A stretch of DNA of 64,000 nt from Rikenellaceae bacterium DTU002 (GTDB taxonomy: Bacteria; Bacteroidota; Bacteroidia; Bacteroidales; UBA932), in the NCBI GenBank assembly GCA_001512865.1, contig LFSY01000101.1, positions 26,486 to 90,485 of the forward strand, read 5' to 3'. Within the stretch, counting starts at the first letter, position 1. Each line of letters begins with the position of its first letter. Below, piece by piece: positions 18,946 to 28,649 of this stretch. The notes under the pieces are model-generated. The model was not told the origin of the DNA, did not search any database, and was given only the letters and a program-made list of their open reading frames with translations. The position numbers and the translations under genes were made by a program.

Positions 18946-19827
18946 ATGAAACATCTTAGAGCACTATATATAATGACCTTTTTGCTGCCGGCATGGGCGA
19001 CGGGATGTACCGAAGCCATAGAGCTGAAGGGTGACGATATGGCCCCGAAACTGGTGATCACGGGGATGTTGTCCACCGAGCCCGGTACCCATACCGTGGA
19101 AATATCCTCTACCGCTCCCTATTTCGGGAAAGAGCTTCCCGTAAACACAGATGCGACCGAAGTGCGTATCAACGGAGAACCGCTCAGAAGGGATGCCCCC
19201 GGCATTTATACTACAGCAGATATGTTTGCGGCAGAGGAGGGACAAACCTATCTGCTTGAAGTGTGGATAGATTATGACAGGGACGGACAGGATGAATACT
19301 ATGCCGCCACCACGACGGTACCTTACGTACATGTTCTGGAAAGGCTTTCCCTCAGGTCCCTGTTATCGGGAGACGTCCCGTTCCTGCTCATGGCGGGGTT
19401 CCAGGATACGCCCGGCGAAAACTTTTACGGGGCGGCGCTCTGGATCAACAACGTGCTTTACAGCAACAGGATCCTCCGGTATTACATTCATACACTGAAT
19501 GATTATTCCCAGGACGGGGGCTTTATCCATTATCCCATTCCCGAATGGATCATAACCAAATCCCTCACCTGGGATAACGGAGAGACCTACGATCTTTTTT
19601 CCGGAGATGTACTGACAGTTGAACTGCAAACACTGAGCAAGGAATATTACATGTTCCTGCAGGCGGCAAAAATTGAGAAGAATCAGCAATTCCCTTTGTT
19701 CTCGGGTCCCCGGGGAAATGTTCCCGGCAACATCACCGGAGGGGCTCTGGGGATTTTCGGGTCTTATGCTTCCAGCCGCAAATCGGTAGTACTCCCTGAA
19801 TGTCCCGGGCTTCCTGTCAGAGAGTAG
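18946..19827 (+). CDS. Lipoprotein, DUF4249-like partner of the TonB-dependent receptor
   Basis: 293 aa with a lipobox-like WATGC. It starts 4 nt after the receptor stop. The DUF4249 assignment is from memory of this conserved gene pair and was not searched. Confidence 0.6.
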   Translation: MKHLRALYIMTFLLPAWATGCTEAIELKGDDMAPKLVITGMLSTEPGTHTVEISSTAPYFGKELPVNTDATEVRINGEPLRRDAPGIYTTADMFAAEEGQTYLLEVWIDYDRDGQDEYYAATTTVPYVHVLERLSLRSLLSGDVPFLLMAGFQDTPGENFYGAALWINNVLYSNRILRYYIHTLNDYSQDGGFIHYPIPEWIITKSLTWDNGETYDLFSGDVLTVELQTLSKEYYMFLQAAKIEKNQQFPLFSGPRGNVPGNITGGALGIFGSYASSRKSVVLPECPGLPVRE

Positions 19828-20464
19828 GATGAGGCAGGTATACAAGTAAAGGTCCGTTCCTGAATCCCAGGTAAAGATTTGTGCCCGTACACCTGTTGAG
19901 GCTGGCTTTCCAGAAGGCGTCAAAAACCACTTTTTCGACCGGATAACGAACCCCCGAAGCCGTCAGTTGCATTCTCGGGTCGAGGGCGAAAAAAGATACT
20001 GGATTTCCGGGCTCACAGGGGATGATGACCCTGATAAACCCGTCCGGATCGGACTGGCCTTTGGAAAACACCAGGAAAATTCCATGGTCCGTTACCATGC
20101 GGACCGTTTCTGACAAGTGGGCATAAATGCCTAAAAGGGAGATGTTTCCCAGGGTGTGGTCTTCTCTCAGTCCGGTGGCGCCCAGTATGGTGATGTCCCG
20201 GAATCCGTGGGTATGGCAATATGTAACGGCTTTGGTAAGGTCATTCGTTTCCTCACACGAGTCGCAGACAAGGCGGTCGGCGTATTTTTCTTTCAACGGA
20301 CCGGACAAGGAATCCAGATCGCCAATAATCAGGTCGGGTTCCACATCCCCGAGGTCGTTCACGGCTCCGTCCGTGCAGATGAGAAAGGGTGCCGTGTGCA
20401 GTATGTGCAGCGGGTAGGGATGGGTGGGATAATTTCCCTGTGCAAGAATTACAGCTTTTTTCAT
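19817..20464 (-). CDS. Thiamine diphosphokinase
   Basis: MKKAVILAQGNYP...ICTDGAVN...IIGDLDS...ETNDLTKAV...ILGATGLREDHTLGN are TPK catalytic-domain motifs. The ATG at 20464 is preferred over the extended track ORF (20524), which would overlap fmt. Confidence 0.85.
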   Translation of the reverse strand: MKKAVILAQGNYPTHPYPLHILHTAPFLICTDGAVNDLGDVEPDLIIGDLDSLSGPLKEKYADRLVCDSCEETNDLTKAVTYCHTHGFRDITILGATGLREDHTLGNISLLGIYAHLSETVRMVTDHGIFLVFSKGQSDPDGFIRVIIPCEPGNPVSFFALDPRMQLTASGVRYPVEKVVFDAFWKASLNRCTGTNLYLGFRNGPLLVYLPHPTL

Positions 20465-20468
20465 GATC

Positions 20469-21437
20469 CTAAATGAATACACTGTCGCCCGGGTCCCTGA
20501 ATCCGGCCAGGAACGCTGCTGCATTCAGCCTTTTCTTACCGGCGGCCTGAACCTCGAGCAGTTGAACGAATCCGTCCCTGCAAGCCACTTTCAGAACTTT
20601 TTTTCCATCTGTCCGGATGCTTCCCGGGGTCAGGCTGTGGTCCGCATATTCAGCCTGTGCCTGAAACACCTTCACATCCACCAGTACTCCGCTTTTTCTG
20701 AGGGTGCAGAACGCACAGGGATATGGACTCAGGCCCCGGACCTGGTTCACGATCCTGACCGGATCCCGGTCCCAGTCTATGCGGCACGTTTCCCTGCCGA
20801 TCTTTGGTGCCGGTTTCAGGTCTTCCGGGGCGACCTGCGGCTGGGCCGTTGCCCTGAGGGTCCCGGACCACAGGCCGTCTATGGTCTTTGCGACCAAAGG
20901 ACCCGCGGCGGTCATCATCCGGTCGTGCAGGGTGCCTGCATTATCCCCGTCGGCAATGGGAATCCTTTCCCGGAGCAGGATGGCGCCTGTGTCCATGTGT
21001 TCGTCTATCAGAAAGGTGGTCAGGCCTGTTTCTTTTTCTCCGTTTATAAGGACATGGTTGATGGGGGCCGCTCCCCTGTACCGGGGAAGCAACGAGGCAT
21101 GCAGGTTGAAACAGCCGGAAGGGGGCATGGTCCAGACTTCACGGGGAAGCATTCTGAATGCAACGACAACAAAGAGCGGGGCATCCCATGCCGAAAGCGC
21201 TTCCAGGAAAGCGGTCTCTTTCAGGGATACGGGTTGCAGGACCGGGATTCCGTTCTCAAGAGCAGTTTGTTTTACGGCAGAAGGACGTGTGGCAAGGCCT
21301 CTTCCTGCGGGTTTGTCCGGGACGGTCACCACTCCCCTGACTGGGTATCCGTTCTGAATGAGCCAGGACAGGATCCCGGCAGCAAATCCGGGGGTCCCCA
21401 TGAAAACGATACCGGGTCTATCAGTCTTCTTTGTCAT
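20469..21437 (-). CDS. fmt: Methionyl-tRNA formyltransferase
   Basis: MTKKTDRPGIVFMGTPGFAAGIL..., HASLLPRYRGAAPINH (SLLP motif). About 322 aa. The start at 21437 overlaps the upstream gene by 17 nt. Confidence 0.93.
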   Translation of the reverse strand: MTKKTDRPGIVFMGTPGFAAGILSWLIQNGYPVRGVVTVPDKPAGRGLATRPSAVKQTALENGIPVLQPVSLKETAFLEALSAWDAPLFVVVAFRMLPREVWTMPPSGCFNLHASLLPRYRGAAPINHVLINGEKETGLTTFLIDEHMDTGAILLRERIPIADGDNAGTLHDRMMTAAGPLVAKTIDGLWSGTLRATAQPQVAPEDLKPAPKIGRETCRIDWDRDPVRIVNQVRGLSPYPCAFCTLRKSGVLVDVKVFQAQAEYADHSLTPGSIRTDGKKVLKVACRDGFVQLLEVQAAGKKRLNAAAFLAGFRDPGDSVFI

Positions 21438-22869
21438 GATGCCAGGGTATGTGCTTTTTGATCTTTTTGACCATTGAAAGATACGCATCTTTGTTGAATA
21501 ATGCAGAATCGGTGGTAGCCTTGTAGGTCAGAAAAACACCAACGGGAAGCAATACCATTGCCGAGATCAGGGTTCCCATGGCAGCTGAAACTGACCCGTC
21601 GGTGGCCAGCTTTTTTCCCGATATGTCAATCACGTAATACACCACAAAAAAGAGCATGGAAACGATGACAGGCGTTCCCAGGCCTCCTTTTCTGATAATC
21701 GCACCCAAGGGGGCTCCTATGAAAAAGAAAATGAAACAGGCAAAGGCAACGGTGAATTTGCGGAACCACTCTACCTTGGTCCTGCGCAGAGGCAGATGGA
21801 TCTGGATCTCTTCCACCATGAAGGCATCTACCTGGTTGGATAATTGATCCACTTTCCCTATCGCCCTGTTGATCAGATCTGCATATTGGGGGCTTTCTTC
21901 AGCGCTGCCCAGTCGATCTACGGGGAAATACCCCAGAAACTCCTGCTTGTTGGCCGTGTCAAGCTGACGGGCATAGGTAAGCCCTCCGGTGACGAGAAGG
22001 CGCCTCAGAAACAGTGTCCGGGAAATGGCATACAGAGAATCCAGCGAGTCCCGTCTGTGTCCCAGGCTTTTCAGGCCCTGAGCCATTACGTCACTGCCAA
22101 ACCGGTCCCCGTCGCGGCGTTGAAAAGCATAATTGTTCAGCTCTATGATGATCTCCTGTTTTTCAAACCGTATCCGTTGCATGGCATAAGAGGTGTCTGC
22201 AGAGGATTTTCTGTCTCCCTCTTCGAACGTTTCACCGCTGAAAAGAGTAAAAATGATATTTTTTTTGTCTTCGGTGAGCCGGATGGCCCCTGAATCGGCC
22301 AGCGTCACACTGTTGTTGCCTCTTCTGGCGCTGTGGTTGTACACCATTACGTCATACAACATATCGGTTTCTTTGTCCCTTCTTTCCACCCGCAGGCTGT
22401 AATTGTCAATCCCGTTGTAAAAAATACCCGTCGGGATGCGGATCTCTTCCTTGGTACGTGATATGTCGTCGCGCAGGGCAAATATGTTCTTGTAAGCTGT
22501 CGGCATGAGGTTGTTGGCGGCAAAAAACGCGCCCACCGAGATGCCTAAGGACAGGATGATCAGGGGGCGCATAATGCGCTGGAGGGGAATGCCTGCGGCC
22601 TTCATGGCCAGCAGCTCATTGAATTCTCCCAGGTTCCCCATGGTCATGATTGAAGCGAGCAGGGTAGCCAGTGGAAGTGCCATGGGGATCACGGTGCAGG
22701 TCCCCCAGAAAAGGAATTCCAGGATCACTTTCAGGCCAAGCCCTTTCCCGACAAGTTCGTCGATGTATACCCACAGAAACTGCAGTACAAGCACGAACAG
22801 TACTATGAAGATCGTCAGAAACAGGGGGCCCAGGAACGAACGGATCAGGAAACGGTCAAAAATTTTCAC
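21421..22869 (-). CDS. LptF/LptG-family permease, long form
   Basis: 482 aa. MKIFDRFLIRSFLGPLFLTIFIVLFVLVLQFLWVYIDELVGKG is a typical YjgP/YjgQ N-terminus. A large central extracytoplasmic domain is followed by three C-terminal TM segments. Confidence 0.85.
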   Translation of the reverse strand: MKIFDRFLIRSFLGPLFLTIFIVLFVLVLQFLWVYIDELVGKGLGLKVILEFLFWGTCTVIPMALPLATLLASIMTMGNLGEFNELLAMKAAGIPLQRIMRPLIILSLGISVGAFFAANNLMPTAYKNIFALRDDISRTKEEIRIPTGIFYNGIDNYSLRVERRDKETDMLYDVMVYNHSARRGNNSVTLADSGAIRLTEDKKNIIFTLFSGETFEEGDRKSSADTSYAMQRIRFEKQEIIIELNNYAFQRRDGDRFGSDVMAQGLKSLGHRRDSLDSLYAISRTLFLRRLLVTGGLTYARQLDTANKQEFLGYFPVDRLGSAEESPQYADLINRAIGKVDQLSNQVDAFMVEEIQIHLPLRRTKVEWFRKFTVAFACFIFFFIGAPLGAIIRKGGLGTPVIVSMLFFVVYYVIDISGKKLATDGSVSAAMGTLISAMVLLPVGVFLTYKATTDSALFNKDAYLSMVKKIKKHIPWHHDKED

Positions 22870-22880
22870 CGGCTTTGTGT

Positions 22881-25496
22881 TTAAGGGTTCTTCAATGCAT
22901 CGGCAATGGCATCCAGGGCAGCCTGCAGGCCTTCCGGATCCTTGCCGCCCGCCGTGGCGTAAAAGTCCTGTCCTCCTCCTCCCCCGCTGATATGACCGGA
23001 AGCTTTGCGGATGATCTCAGAGGCGTTCCACCCGGAACGGACCAGATCATCGGAGAGCAGGAGGGTCAGATTGGCTTTTCCGTTGTGTTCGTAGGCAGCG
23101 GCAAATGCCGTGTTCCCCGAAGCACCGTTCCGGAAAGAAAAAGCCAGGTCTTTTATAATCTCGGGCATGTATATGCCCCGTATCGATACAAATTGAATGC
23201 CGTTCAGTTCTGTTCTTTGTTCCCACAGTGATTCCCGGAGAGCGGCTGCCCGCTCACGCATATTCTGTTCCATGGTTTTCCTCAGATCGTCGTTCTCCCT
23301 GAGCAGCCGGCGCAGTGATGCGATCACGTCGGGATTATCGTTCATCATGCTTCGGATCCCGGAAAGCACGGTCTCCAGTTCCTCCACCTTCCTTTCCACG
23401 GCAAGGCCTGTAATGGCTTCTATCCTGCGGACTCCGGCAGCAATGGCACTTTCGCTTAGGATCTTGAACATCCCGATGTTTCCTGTAGCCTGTGCATGTG
23501 TGCCTCCGCACAATTCAACAGAGTCTCCAAAGCGGATCACCCGTACCTTTTCCCCGTATTTTTCTCCGAACAGGGCCATCGCGCCCATCTTGCGGGCTTC
23601 TTCAATGGGAATGTCCTGTTGTGTATCCTGTACAATGTTTTTCCTGATCAGTTCATTGACCAGACGTTCCGTTTTTTTGATTTCTTCCGGTTCAAGGCGG
23701 GCATAATGTGAGAAGTCAAAGCGAAGGCCCTCCGGCGAAACATGAGATCCTTTCTGTTCAATGTGCGTACCCAGAATCTGCCGCAGGGCGTAATGAAGCA
23801 GGTGCGTGGCCGTATGGTTGCCGGCTATTGCCTGACGCCGCTCCCGGTCAACGACGGCCAGGAACTCCGTCTCGGGATTCTCCGGGGCTTTGGAGGAAAT
23901 GTGCAGGATCAGGTTGTTTTCCTTGATGGTGTCGGTTATACGGATCCTTTCTCCCCGGGTGTTTTCCAGATAACCGGAATCCCCTGTCTGCCCTCCGCTC
24001 TCTGCGTAAAAAGGCGTTTGGTCCAGGACGATATGATAAAATTCCCTGTTTTTGGCCCTGACTTTTCTGTAGCGCAGAATCCTTGCATAGGTGCTGGTGG
24101 TTTCGTACCCCAGAAATACAGGCTGAATAAAAGGCCGGACCTCGGTCCAGTCCCCTTCCTTAGCCTGTGTAGCTTTTCTTGCCCTGTCTTTCTGGGCCAG
24201 CAATTCTTCCTCAAATTCCGCGATATTGACTTCCAGCCCTTTCTCCCGGGCCATAAGAATGGTCAGATCAAGAGGGAATCCGTAGGTGTCATAAAGCAGA
24301 AAAGCATCTTTCCCGCTGAATTCTTTAAGCGTTTTATCCTGGGTGAAATATTCAAATAAATGGATCCCTTTTTCCAGTGCACGAAGAAATGCCTCTTCTT
24401 CCTGGCGGATGATATTTACTATCAGCTCCCGTTGTTTCCCAAGTTCGGGAAAGGCTTCACCCATTTCGGCAATCAGTGCGGGCACCAGGTCACAGAGGAA
24501 CGGTCGGTCAAAACCAAGGAATGTATATCCGTAACGGACGGCCCTGCGCAGGATGCGCCTGACAACATACCCGGCTTTCACATTGGAGGGCAACTGACCG
24601 TCTGCAATGGAAAAACAGATCGCTCTCAGGTGGTCGGCCGCCACCCGCATAGCGATATCAATATCTTTGTCTTTTCCGTATTCTTTGCCGCAAAGCCGGC
24701 CAATGGCGCCAATCAGATTCTGGAAAAGATCGGTGTCGTAATTGCTGAATTTGCCCTGAATGGCCATGCAGAGCCGTTCCAGCCCCATGCCGGTGTCCAC
24801 ATGTTTTTGCGGAAGCACCACCAGCGTGCCGTCTGTTTTCCGGTTGTACTGGATAAAGACCAGGTTCCATATTTCCACGACCAGGGGATGGCCCGTGTTT
24901 ACAAGAGAGGACCCGGGGATGAGCGCCCTGTCCCCCGGAGTCCGGAGGTCAATATGGATCTCACTGCAGGGCCCGCAGGGTCCCGTGTCGCCCATTTCCC
25001 AAAAATTGTCTTTTTTATTGCCGGGAAGGATGCGGTCTTCAGGGAGGAATTGCTTCCAGAGTTCAAGAGATTCCGTGTCGGCTTCCATGTGGTCTTCTTC
25101 AGATCCTTCAAATACTGTTGCATAAAGACGCTCAGCGTCCAGCCTGAACACGTCATGAAGCAGTTCCCATGCCCAGGAGATGGCCTCTTTCTTGAAATAA
25201 TCCCCGAAACTCCAGTTGCCCAGCATCTCGAACATTGTATGGTGGTAGGTATCGTGTCCGACTTCCTCCAGGTCGTTGTGTTTCCCGCTTACCCTGAGAC
25301 ATTTCTGCGTGTCGGCCACACGGTTGTACAATGCCGGTTCGTTCCCCAGAAACCAGTCCTTGAACTGGTTCATCCCCGCGTTGGTAAACATCAGGGTGGG
25401 GTCGTTCTTGATTACCATAGGAGCCGAGGGAACAATGGTATGATCTTTCTTCTCAAAGAATTCCAGGAAGGTTTTTCGTATATCGGCAGAGGTCAT
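22881..25496 (-). CDS. alaS: Alanine--tRNA ligase
   Basis: MTSADIRKTFLEFFEKKDHTIVPSAP... is the canonical AlaRS N-terminus. An editing-domain HTATHLL motif and a C-terminal DHHA1-like GGGGGQ are present. About 871 aa. The track ORF extends 37 codons upstream and that extension is rejected. Confidence 0.96.
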   Translation of the reverse strand: MTSADIRKTFLEFFEKKDHTIVPSAPMVIKNDPTLMFTNAGMNQFKDWFLGNEPALYNRVADTQKCLRVSGKHNDLEEVGHDTYHHTMFEMLGNWSFGDYFKKEAISWAWELLHDVFRLDAERLYATVFEGSEEDHMEADTESLELWKQFLPEDRILPGNKKDNFWEMGDTGPCGPCSEIHIDLRTPGDRALIPGSSLVNTGHPLVVEIWNLVFIQYNRKTDGTLVVLPQKHVDTGMGLERLCMAIQGKFSNYDTDLFQNLIGAIGRLCGKEYGKDKDIDIAMRVAADHLRAICFSIADGQLPSNVKAGYVVRRILRRAVRYGYTFLGFDRPFLCDLVPALIAEMGEAFPELGKQRELIVNIIRQEEEAFLRALEKGIHLFEYFTQDKTLKEFSGKDAFLLYDTYGFPLDLTILMAREKGLEVNIAEFEEELLAQKDRARKATQAKEGDWTEVRPFIQPVFLGYETTSTYARILRYRKVRAKNREFYHIVLDQTPFYAESGGQTGDSGYLENTRGERIRITDTIKENNLILHISSKAPENPETEFLAVVDRERRQAIAGNHTATHLLHYALRQILGTHIEQKGSHVSPEGLRFDFSHYARLEPEEIKKTERLVNELIRKNIVQDTQQDIPIEEARKMGAMALFGEKYGEKVRVIRFGDSVELCGGTHAQATGNIGMFKILSESAIAAGVRRIEAITGLAVERKVEELETVLSGIRSMMNDNPDVIASLRRLLRENDDLRKTMEQNMRERAAALRESLWEQRTELNGIQFVSIRGIYMPEIIKDLAFSFRNGASGNTAFAAAYEHNGKANLTLLLSDDLVRSGWNASEIIRKASGHISGGGGGQDFYATAGGKDPEGLQAALDAIADALKNP

Positions 25497-25515
25497 TTTA
25501 TGAATAATTATCGGG

Positions 25516-25523
25516 CAAATATA
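25516..25523 (-). promoter_or_regulatory. -7 promoter box (TATATTTG on the minus strand) for the alaS operon
   Basis: Exact TAnnTTTG match read on the minus strand, 19 nt upstream of the alaS ATG at 25496. Confidence 0.5.
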
Positions 25524-25543
25524 CCGCTTTTTAGAAAAATACT

Positions 25544-25551
25544 TATCTTTG
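25544..25551 (+). promoter_or_regulatory. -7 promoter box (TATCTTTG) for the M23 peptidase gene string
   Basis: Exact TAnnTTTG match, 27 nt upstream of the ATG at 25579. Confidence 0.5.
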
Positions 25552-25578
25552 CACGTTAATAACGTGTTAACAAACTTA

Positions 25579-26544
25579 ATGGCAGGAAGAGGAAAATACA
25601 AATTCAATCCGGAAACACTTTCTTATGAGCTGCAAAAGCCCACTCTGCGCTATTATCTGATCCGGGCTTTGATCATCCTGCCCATAAGCCTGATGGCGGC
25701 GTTGGGGTATTATATGCTCTACACCGAAGGGCTGAAACTTAAAACACCCAGAACGGTTCGTCTGGAAAGGGAATACAACAATGCAAAGTCCAATCTGGAA
25801 CTTCTGAACCGACAGATCGCTCAATCGGGGAAAAAGCTGGAAGACCTGCAAGTCAGGGACAACAGCATTTACCGTAACATTTTCGGGATGGAGCAGATAC
25901 CTCCCGAGGTGAGAAATGCCGGTTTCGGAGGCACCAACAGGTATCCTTACCTGGAATATTCAGACAATTCAGGACTGCTGATGACTACGGCTCTGAATTT
26001 CGACAAGCTCATGAAGAAGGCCTATATCCAGTCCAAATCCTTTGATGACGTGGAACGTGTTGCGGGACAGGTTGGCGAAGTGGCAAAGAGCATTCCCTCC
26101 ATCCTGCCCATCCCGGAAGACACAAAGAATTTCAGATGGTCCGGTGCCTTCGGGTACAGAAAAGATCCGGTGTACGGGGATATCCGCATGCATGAAGGTA
26201 TAGACCTGACAGGCGCAGCCAATTCGCCGGTTTACGCGACAGGCGACGGTAAAATTGAAGCGATCCGTTACGAGTACAACGGCTATGGAAGATACATACT
26301 TGTTGATCACGGGTTCGGATACAAAACGCGTTATGCCCACCTGAACGACGCCCTGGTATACGAAGGACAGCTGGTCAAACGCGGAGAAAGGATCGGGCTG
26401 TTGGGTTCAACGGGAAAATCTACCGGGGCGCACGTCCATTACGAGGTGATCTATATGGGCCGTCCTGTCAATCCTTACAACTATTTCAACAACAATATTG
26501 CATCGGACGATTACCATGCCGTAATCTTGGGAGGAAGCCAATAA
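25579..26544 (+). CDS. M23-family (LytM-domain) metallopeptidase with an N-terminal TM segment and a coiled coil
   Basis: HEGIDLTG (HxxxD) and AHVHYEV (HxH) metal ligands are intact. The ATG at 25579 (MAGRGKYKF) is preferred, because the track TTG start at 25549 lies inside the promoter box. Confidence 0.88.
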   Translation: MAGRGKYKFNPETLSYELQKPTLRYYLIRALIILPISLMAALGYYMLYTEGLKLKTPRTVRLEREYNNAKSNLELLNRQIAQSGKKLEDLQVRDNSIYRNIFGMEQIPPEVRNAGFGGTNRYPYLEYSDNSGLLMTTALNFDKLMKKAYIQSKSFDDVERVAGQVGEVAKSIPSILPIPEDTKNFRWSGAFGYRKDPVYGDIRMHEGIDLTGAANSPVYATGDGKIEAIRYEYNGYGRYILVDHGFGYKTRYAHLNDALVYEGQLVKRGERIGLLGSTGKSTGAHVHYEVIYMGRPVNPYNYFNNNIASDDYHAVILGGSQ

Positions 26545-26553
26545 ATTCTGGAA

Positions 26554-27510
26554 ATGAACCGTTATCAGTTCAATGAGGAAAAATTGGAATTCACCAGGGT
26601 GCGTCCCAATATTAAGACCATACTTAAACGCATCCTGTGGGTTTTCCTGGGCAGTGTAGTACTGGCCCTGGTTTATTATTTGATCTTCGGGATGTTCATC
26701 CTGTCTCCGGCAGAAAGGAACCTGGTCAGGGAAACGCAGCTTATGCAGACCGAATACGAGCGGCTGACCAATGAAATGAACACCCTGAACAAGGTCGTTG
26801 AGGAACTGGAAATGCGCGACAGAAGCATTTACGGAACGGTCCTGCATTCAACACCCCTTGAAGTTACCCGGGAAGCTGATATTTCCCATTACAGGAAGCT
26901 GCTGGAAGACCCCTCGTTTGCCCTGGCCTATCATGCCGATTCGGTGTTCGGAGGTCTGGAACACCGGGCCGCTTTGGTTACAAGGGCCCTGTACATGGCC
27001 GGGAACGAGGTGTACGGAATGCTGGACAGTCTGAAATACCTGCCTGCGGCTTTTCCGCTCAGAAACCCCCCGCCGGAATCGATGGGTGCGACAACAGGCC
27101 GCCGGATACATCCCTTTTACAAGATCCCCATGGAACACACCGGAATGGATTTCCTTGCGGGCCTGGGAACAGATGTGCTGGCCACTGCCGACGGACAGGT
27201 CGTCAACGTCTCACGTTCGGCCAGGGGAAGAGGCAATGTGGTTGAGATCGCTCACCCGTACAGGGGGTATACCACCCTTTACGCCCACCTGAGCGATATT
27301 TTCGTCAGGAAGGGTCAGTTTGTCACCAGGGGTATGGTTATTGCACGCGTGGGTTCTACCGGAATGTCGTTTATGCCTCACCTGCATTACGAGATACGGC
27401 AAGAGGACAGGATCGCAGATCCGGTTCATTATTTCTTTATGGATGTGATGCCCGGAGAGTACCGCCAGATCATGCTGACGGCATACAATACAGGTCAATC
27501 TTTAGATTAG
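26554..27510 (+). CDS. M23-family (LytM-domain) metallopeptidase, tandem paralogue
   Basis: 318 aa with the same architecture as the upstream gene. HTGMDF (HxxxD) and PHLHYEI (HxH) are intact. Confidence 0.88.
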   Translation: MNRYQFNEEKLEFTRVRPNIKTILKRILWVFLGSVVLALVYYLIFGMFILSPAERNLVRETQLMQTEYERLTNEMNTLNKVVEELEMRDRSIYGTVLHSTPLEVTREADISHYRKLLEDPSFALAYHADSVFGGLEHRAALVTRALYMAGNEVYGMLDSLKYLPAAFPLRNPPPESMGATTGRRIHPFYKIPMEHTGMDFLAGLGTDVLATADGQVVNVSRSARGRGNVVEIAHPYRGYTTLYAHLSDIFVRKGQFVTRGMVIARVGSTGMSFMPHLHYEIRQEDRIADPVHYFFMDVMPGEYRQIMLTAYNTGQSLD

Positions 27511-27516
27511 GAGCAT

Positions 27517-27837
27517 ATGGAAAAAATGTACTACACCATTGGGGAAGTCGCAGAAATGCTGGGAGAGAACACTTCTCTCATCCGATTCTGGTCCACTACG
27601 TTCAGTGATTTTATTAAGCCGGTCAGAAATAAAAAGGGAAACCGTCTTTTTACCGCACAGGATGTTGCAGCTTACAAAATCATTCATCATCTTGTCAAGG
27701 ATCGCGGTATGACACTGGAGGGTGCAAGAAAACGGATGCACGACAACAAGGACGGGGAAGACAGAACCGTGGACATCATTGCTTCACTGAACAGGATCAA
27801 ATCACAACTGGTTGAAATCAGGGATATGATAGGATGA
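27517..27837 (+). CDS. MerR-family HTH protein (DNA-binding domain only)
   Basis: 106 aa. YTIGEVAEMLGENTSLIRFWSTTF...NRLFTAQDV matches the MerR winged-HTH pattern. No effector domain is present. Confidence 0.8.
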   Translation: MEKMYYTIGEVAEMLGENTSLIRFWSTTFSDFIKPVRNKKGNRLFTAQDVAAYKIIHHLVKDRGMTLEGARKRMHDNKDGEDRTVDIIASLNRIKSQLVEIRDMIG

Positions 27838-28634
27838 AGCTGAAGGCGGCAGATATCATTGAAGTCCTTGAAAAATGGGCACCTCCCGCACTTCAGGAGG
27901 AGTGGGATAATTCCGGTTTATGCATTGGAAATCCCGGTACAGAGGTCAACGGCATACTGGTTTGCCTGGATTGCACAGACCAGGTAATGGAAGAAGCCAT
28001 GGCCCTGGGCCTGAATATGATCGTGTCACACCATCCCCTGATATTCAAGGGACTGAAGCATTTACGGGACGACACCCCCGTAGAACGGACCGTTGCCCTT
28101 GCCATCCGCCGCAATTTGGTGGTTTACTCCATGCATACCAATGCAGACAAGATCATGGATGGTGTCAGCGGGGCCATGGCCCGGGCCTTGCAGCTTGAGA
28201 ATGTTACCATCCTGGCCCCCGAGTCGTGCCTGGGAATCGGAAGCGGATCCTGCGGACTGGGGGTTGCAGGAAACCTGCCCTCACCAATGGAGACTGAAGC
28301 GTTTTTCAGCTTGCTCAGGACGGTGTTTGGTGCCGGCCGGCTGAAAACCTCGGAGCCATTTCGTCCCACAGTATCCCGGGTGGCTTTGTGCGGGGGCAGC
28401 GGGTCTTCCCTGATCCCCTTTGCCATGGCTTCCGGAGCCGAGGTGTTTGTGAGCGCAGATTTTAGTTACCACTCATATTTTGAAACGGTTCCCCATATGA
28501 TGCTGGCAGACGTAGGCCATTATGAATCAGAAGCCGGAGTGCAGGACCAGATCTGTAACGAGCTTATGAAAAATTTCCCTACCTTTGCCGTCCGCAAAAC
28601 ACGGATCAATACAAATCCCATCAGATATTATTAA
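27834..28634 (+). CDS. Nif3-family dinuclear metal-centre protein (GTP cyclohydrolase 1 type 2 homologue)
   Basis: 266 aa. ...WDNSGLCIG...IVSHHPLIFKGLK... and C-terminal ...GHYESE are Nif3 motifs. The ATGA junction overlaps the MerR gene. Confidence 0.88.
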   Translation: MKLKAADIIEVLEKWAPPALQEEWDNSGLCIGNPGTEVNGILVCLDCTDQVMEEAMALGLNMIVSHHPLIFKGLKHLRDDTPVERTVALAIRRNLVVYSMHTNADKIMDGVSGAMARALQLENVTILAPESCLGIGSGSCGLGVAGNLPSPMETEAFFSLLRTVFGAGRLKTSEPFRPTVSRVALCGGSGSSLIPFAMASGAEVFVSADFSYHSYFETVPHMMLADVGHYESEAGVQDQICNELMKNFPTFAVRKTRINTNPIRYY

Positions 28635-28649
28635 GTTATCAATTATATT

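Noticed and set aside
10694-22869. Two unlinked LptF/G-family permeases (366 aa and 482 aa), considered as a possible novel duplicated export system.
   Set aside because: LptF and LptG are normally a heterodimeric pair and need not be adjacent. Different sizes and separate loci are compatible with the standard LptFG pair, so nothing here demands a new system.
24360-25559. Long antisense ORFs opposite strongly recognisable genes. Examples: 399 aa opposite alaS, 332 aa at 20463-21461 opposite fmt, and 309 aa at 5337-6266 opposite map. Others lie at 13950-14780, 15350-16156, 29551-30414, 31012-31848, 40301-41107, 54162-55037, 8096-8827 and 43655-44311.
   Set aside because: All lie fully inside genes with unmistakable conserved products on the other strand. 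Their translations are Arg/Gly/His/Pro-rich with no recognisable motif, and they have no promoter box or start context. They are typical shadow ORFs of medium-GC coding DNA.
25497-25607. N-terminal extensions in the ORF track created by upstream ATG or alternative (TTG/GTG) starts. Affected genes are alaS, cyclophilin to 43322, GT2 to 45893, fmt to 21488, thiamine diphosphokinase to 20524, rpsH from 1390, rpmD from 3236, M23 from 25549 and the OstA-like gene to 60690.
   Set aside because: The extensions run through promoter boxes, intergenic hairpins or neighbouring genes and do not resemble the protein families. Internal ATGs give canonical N-termini or signal peptides.
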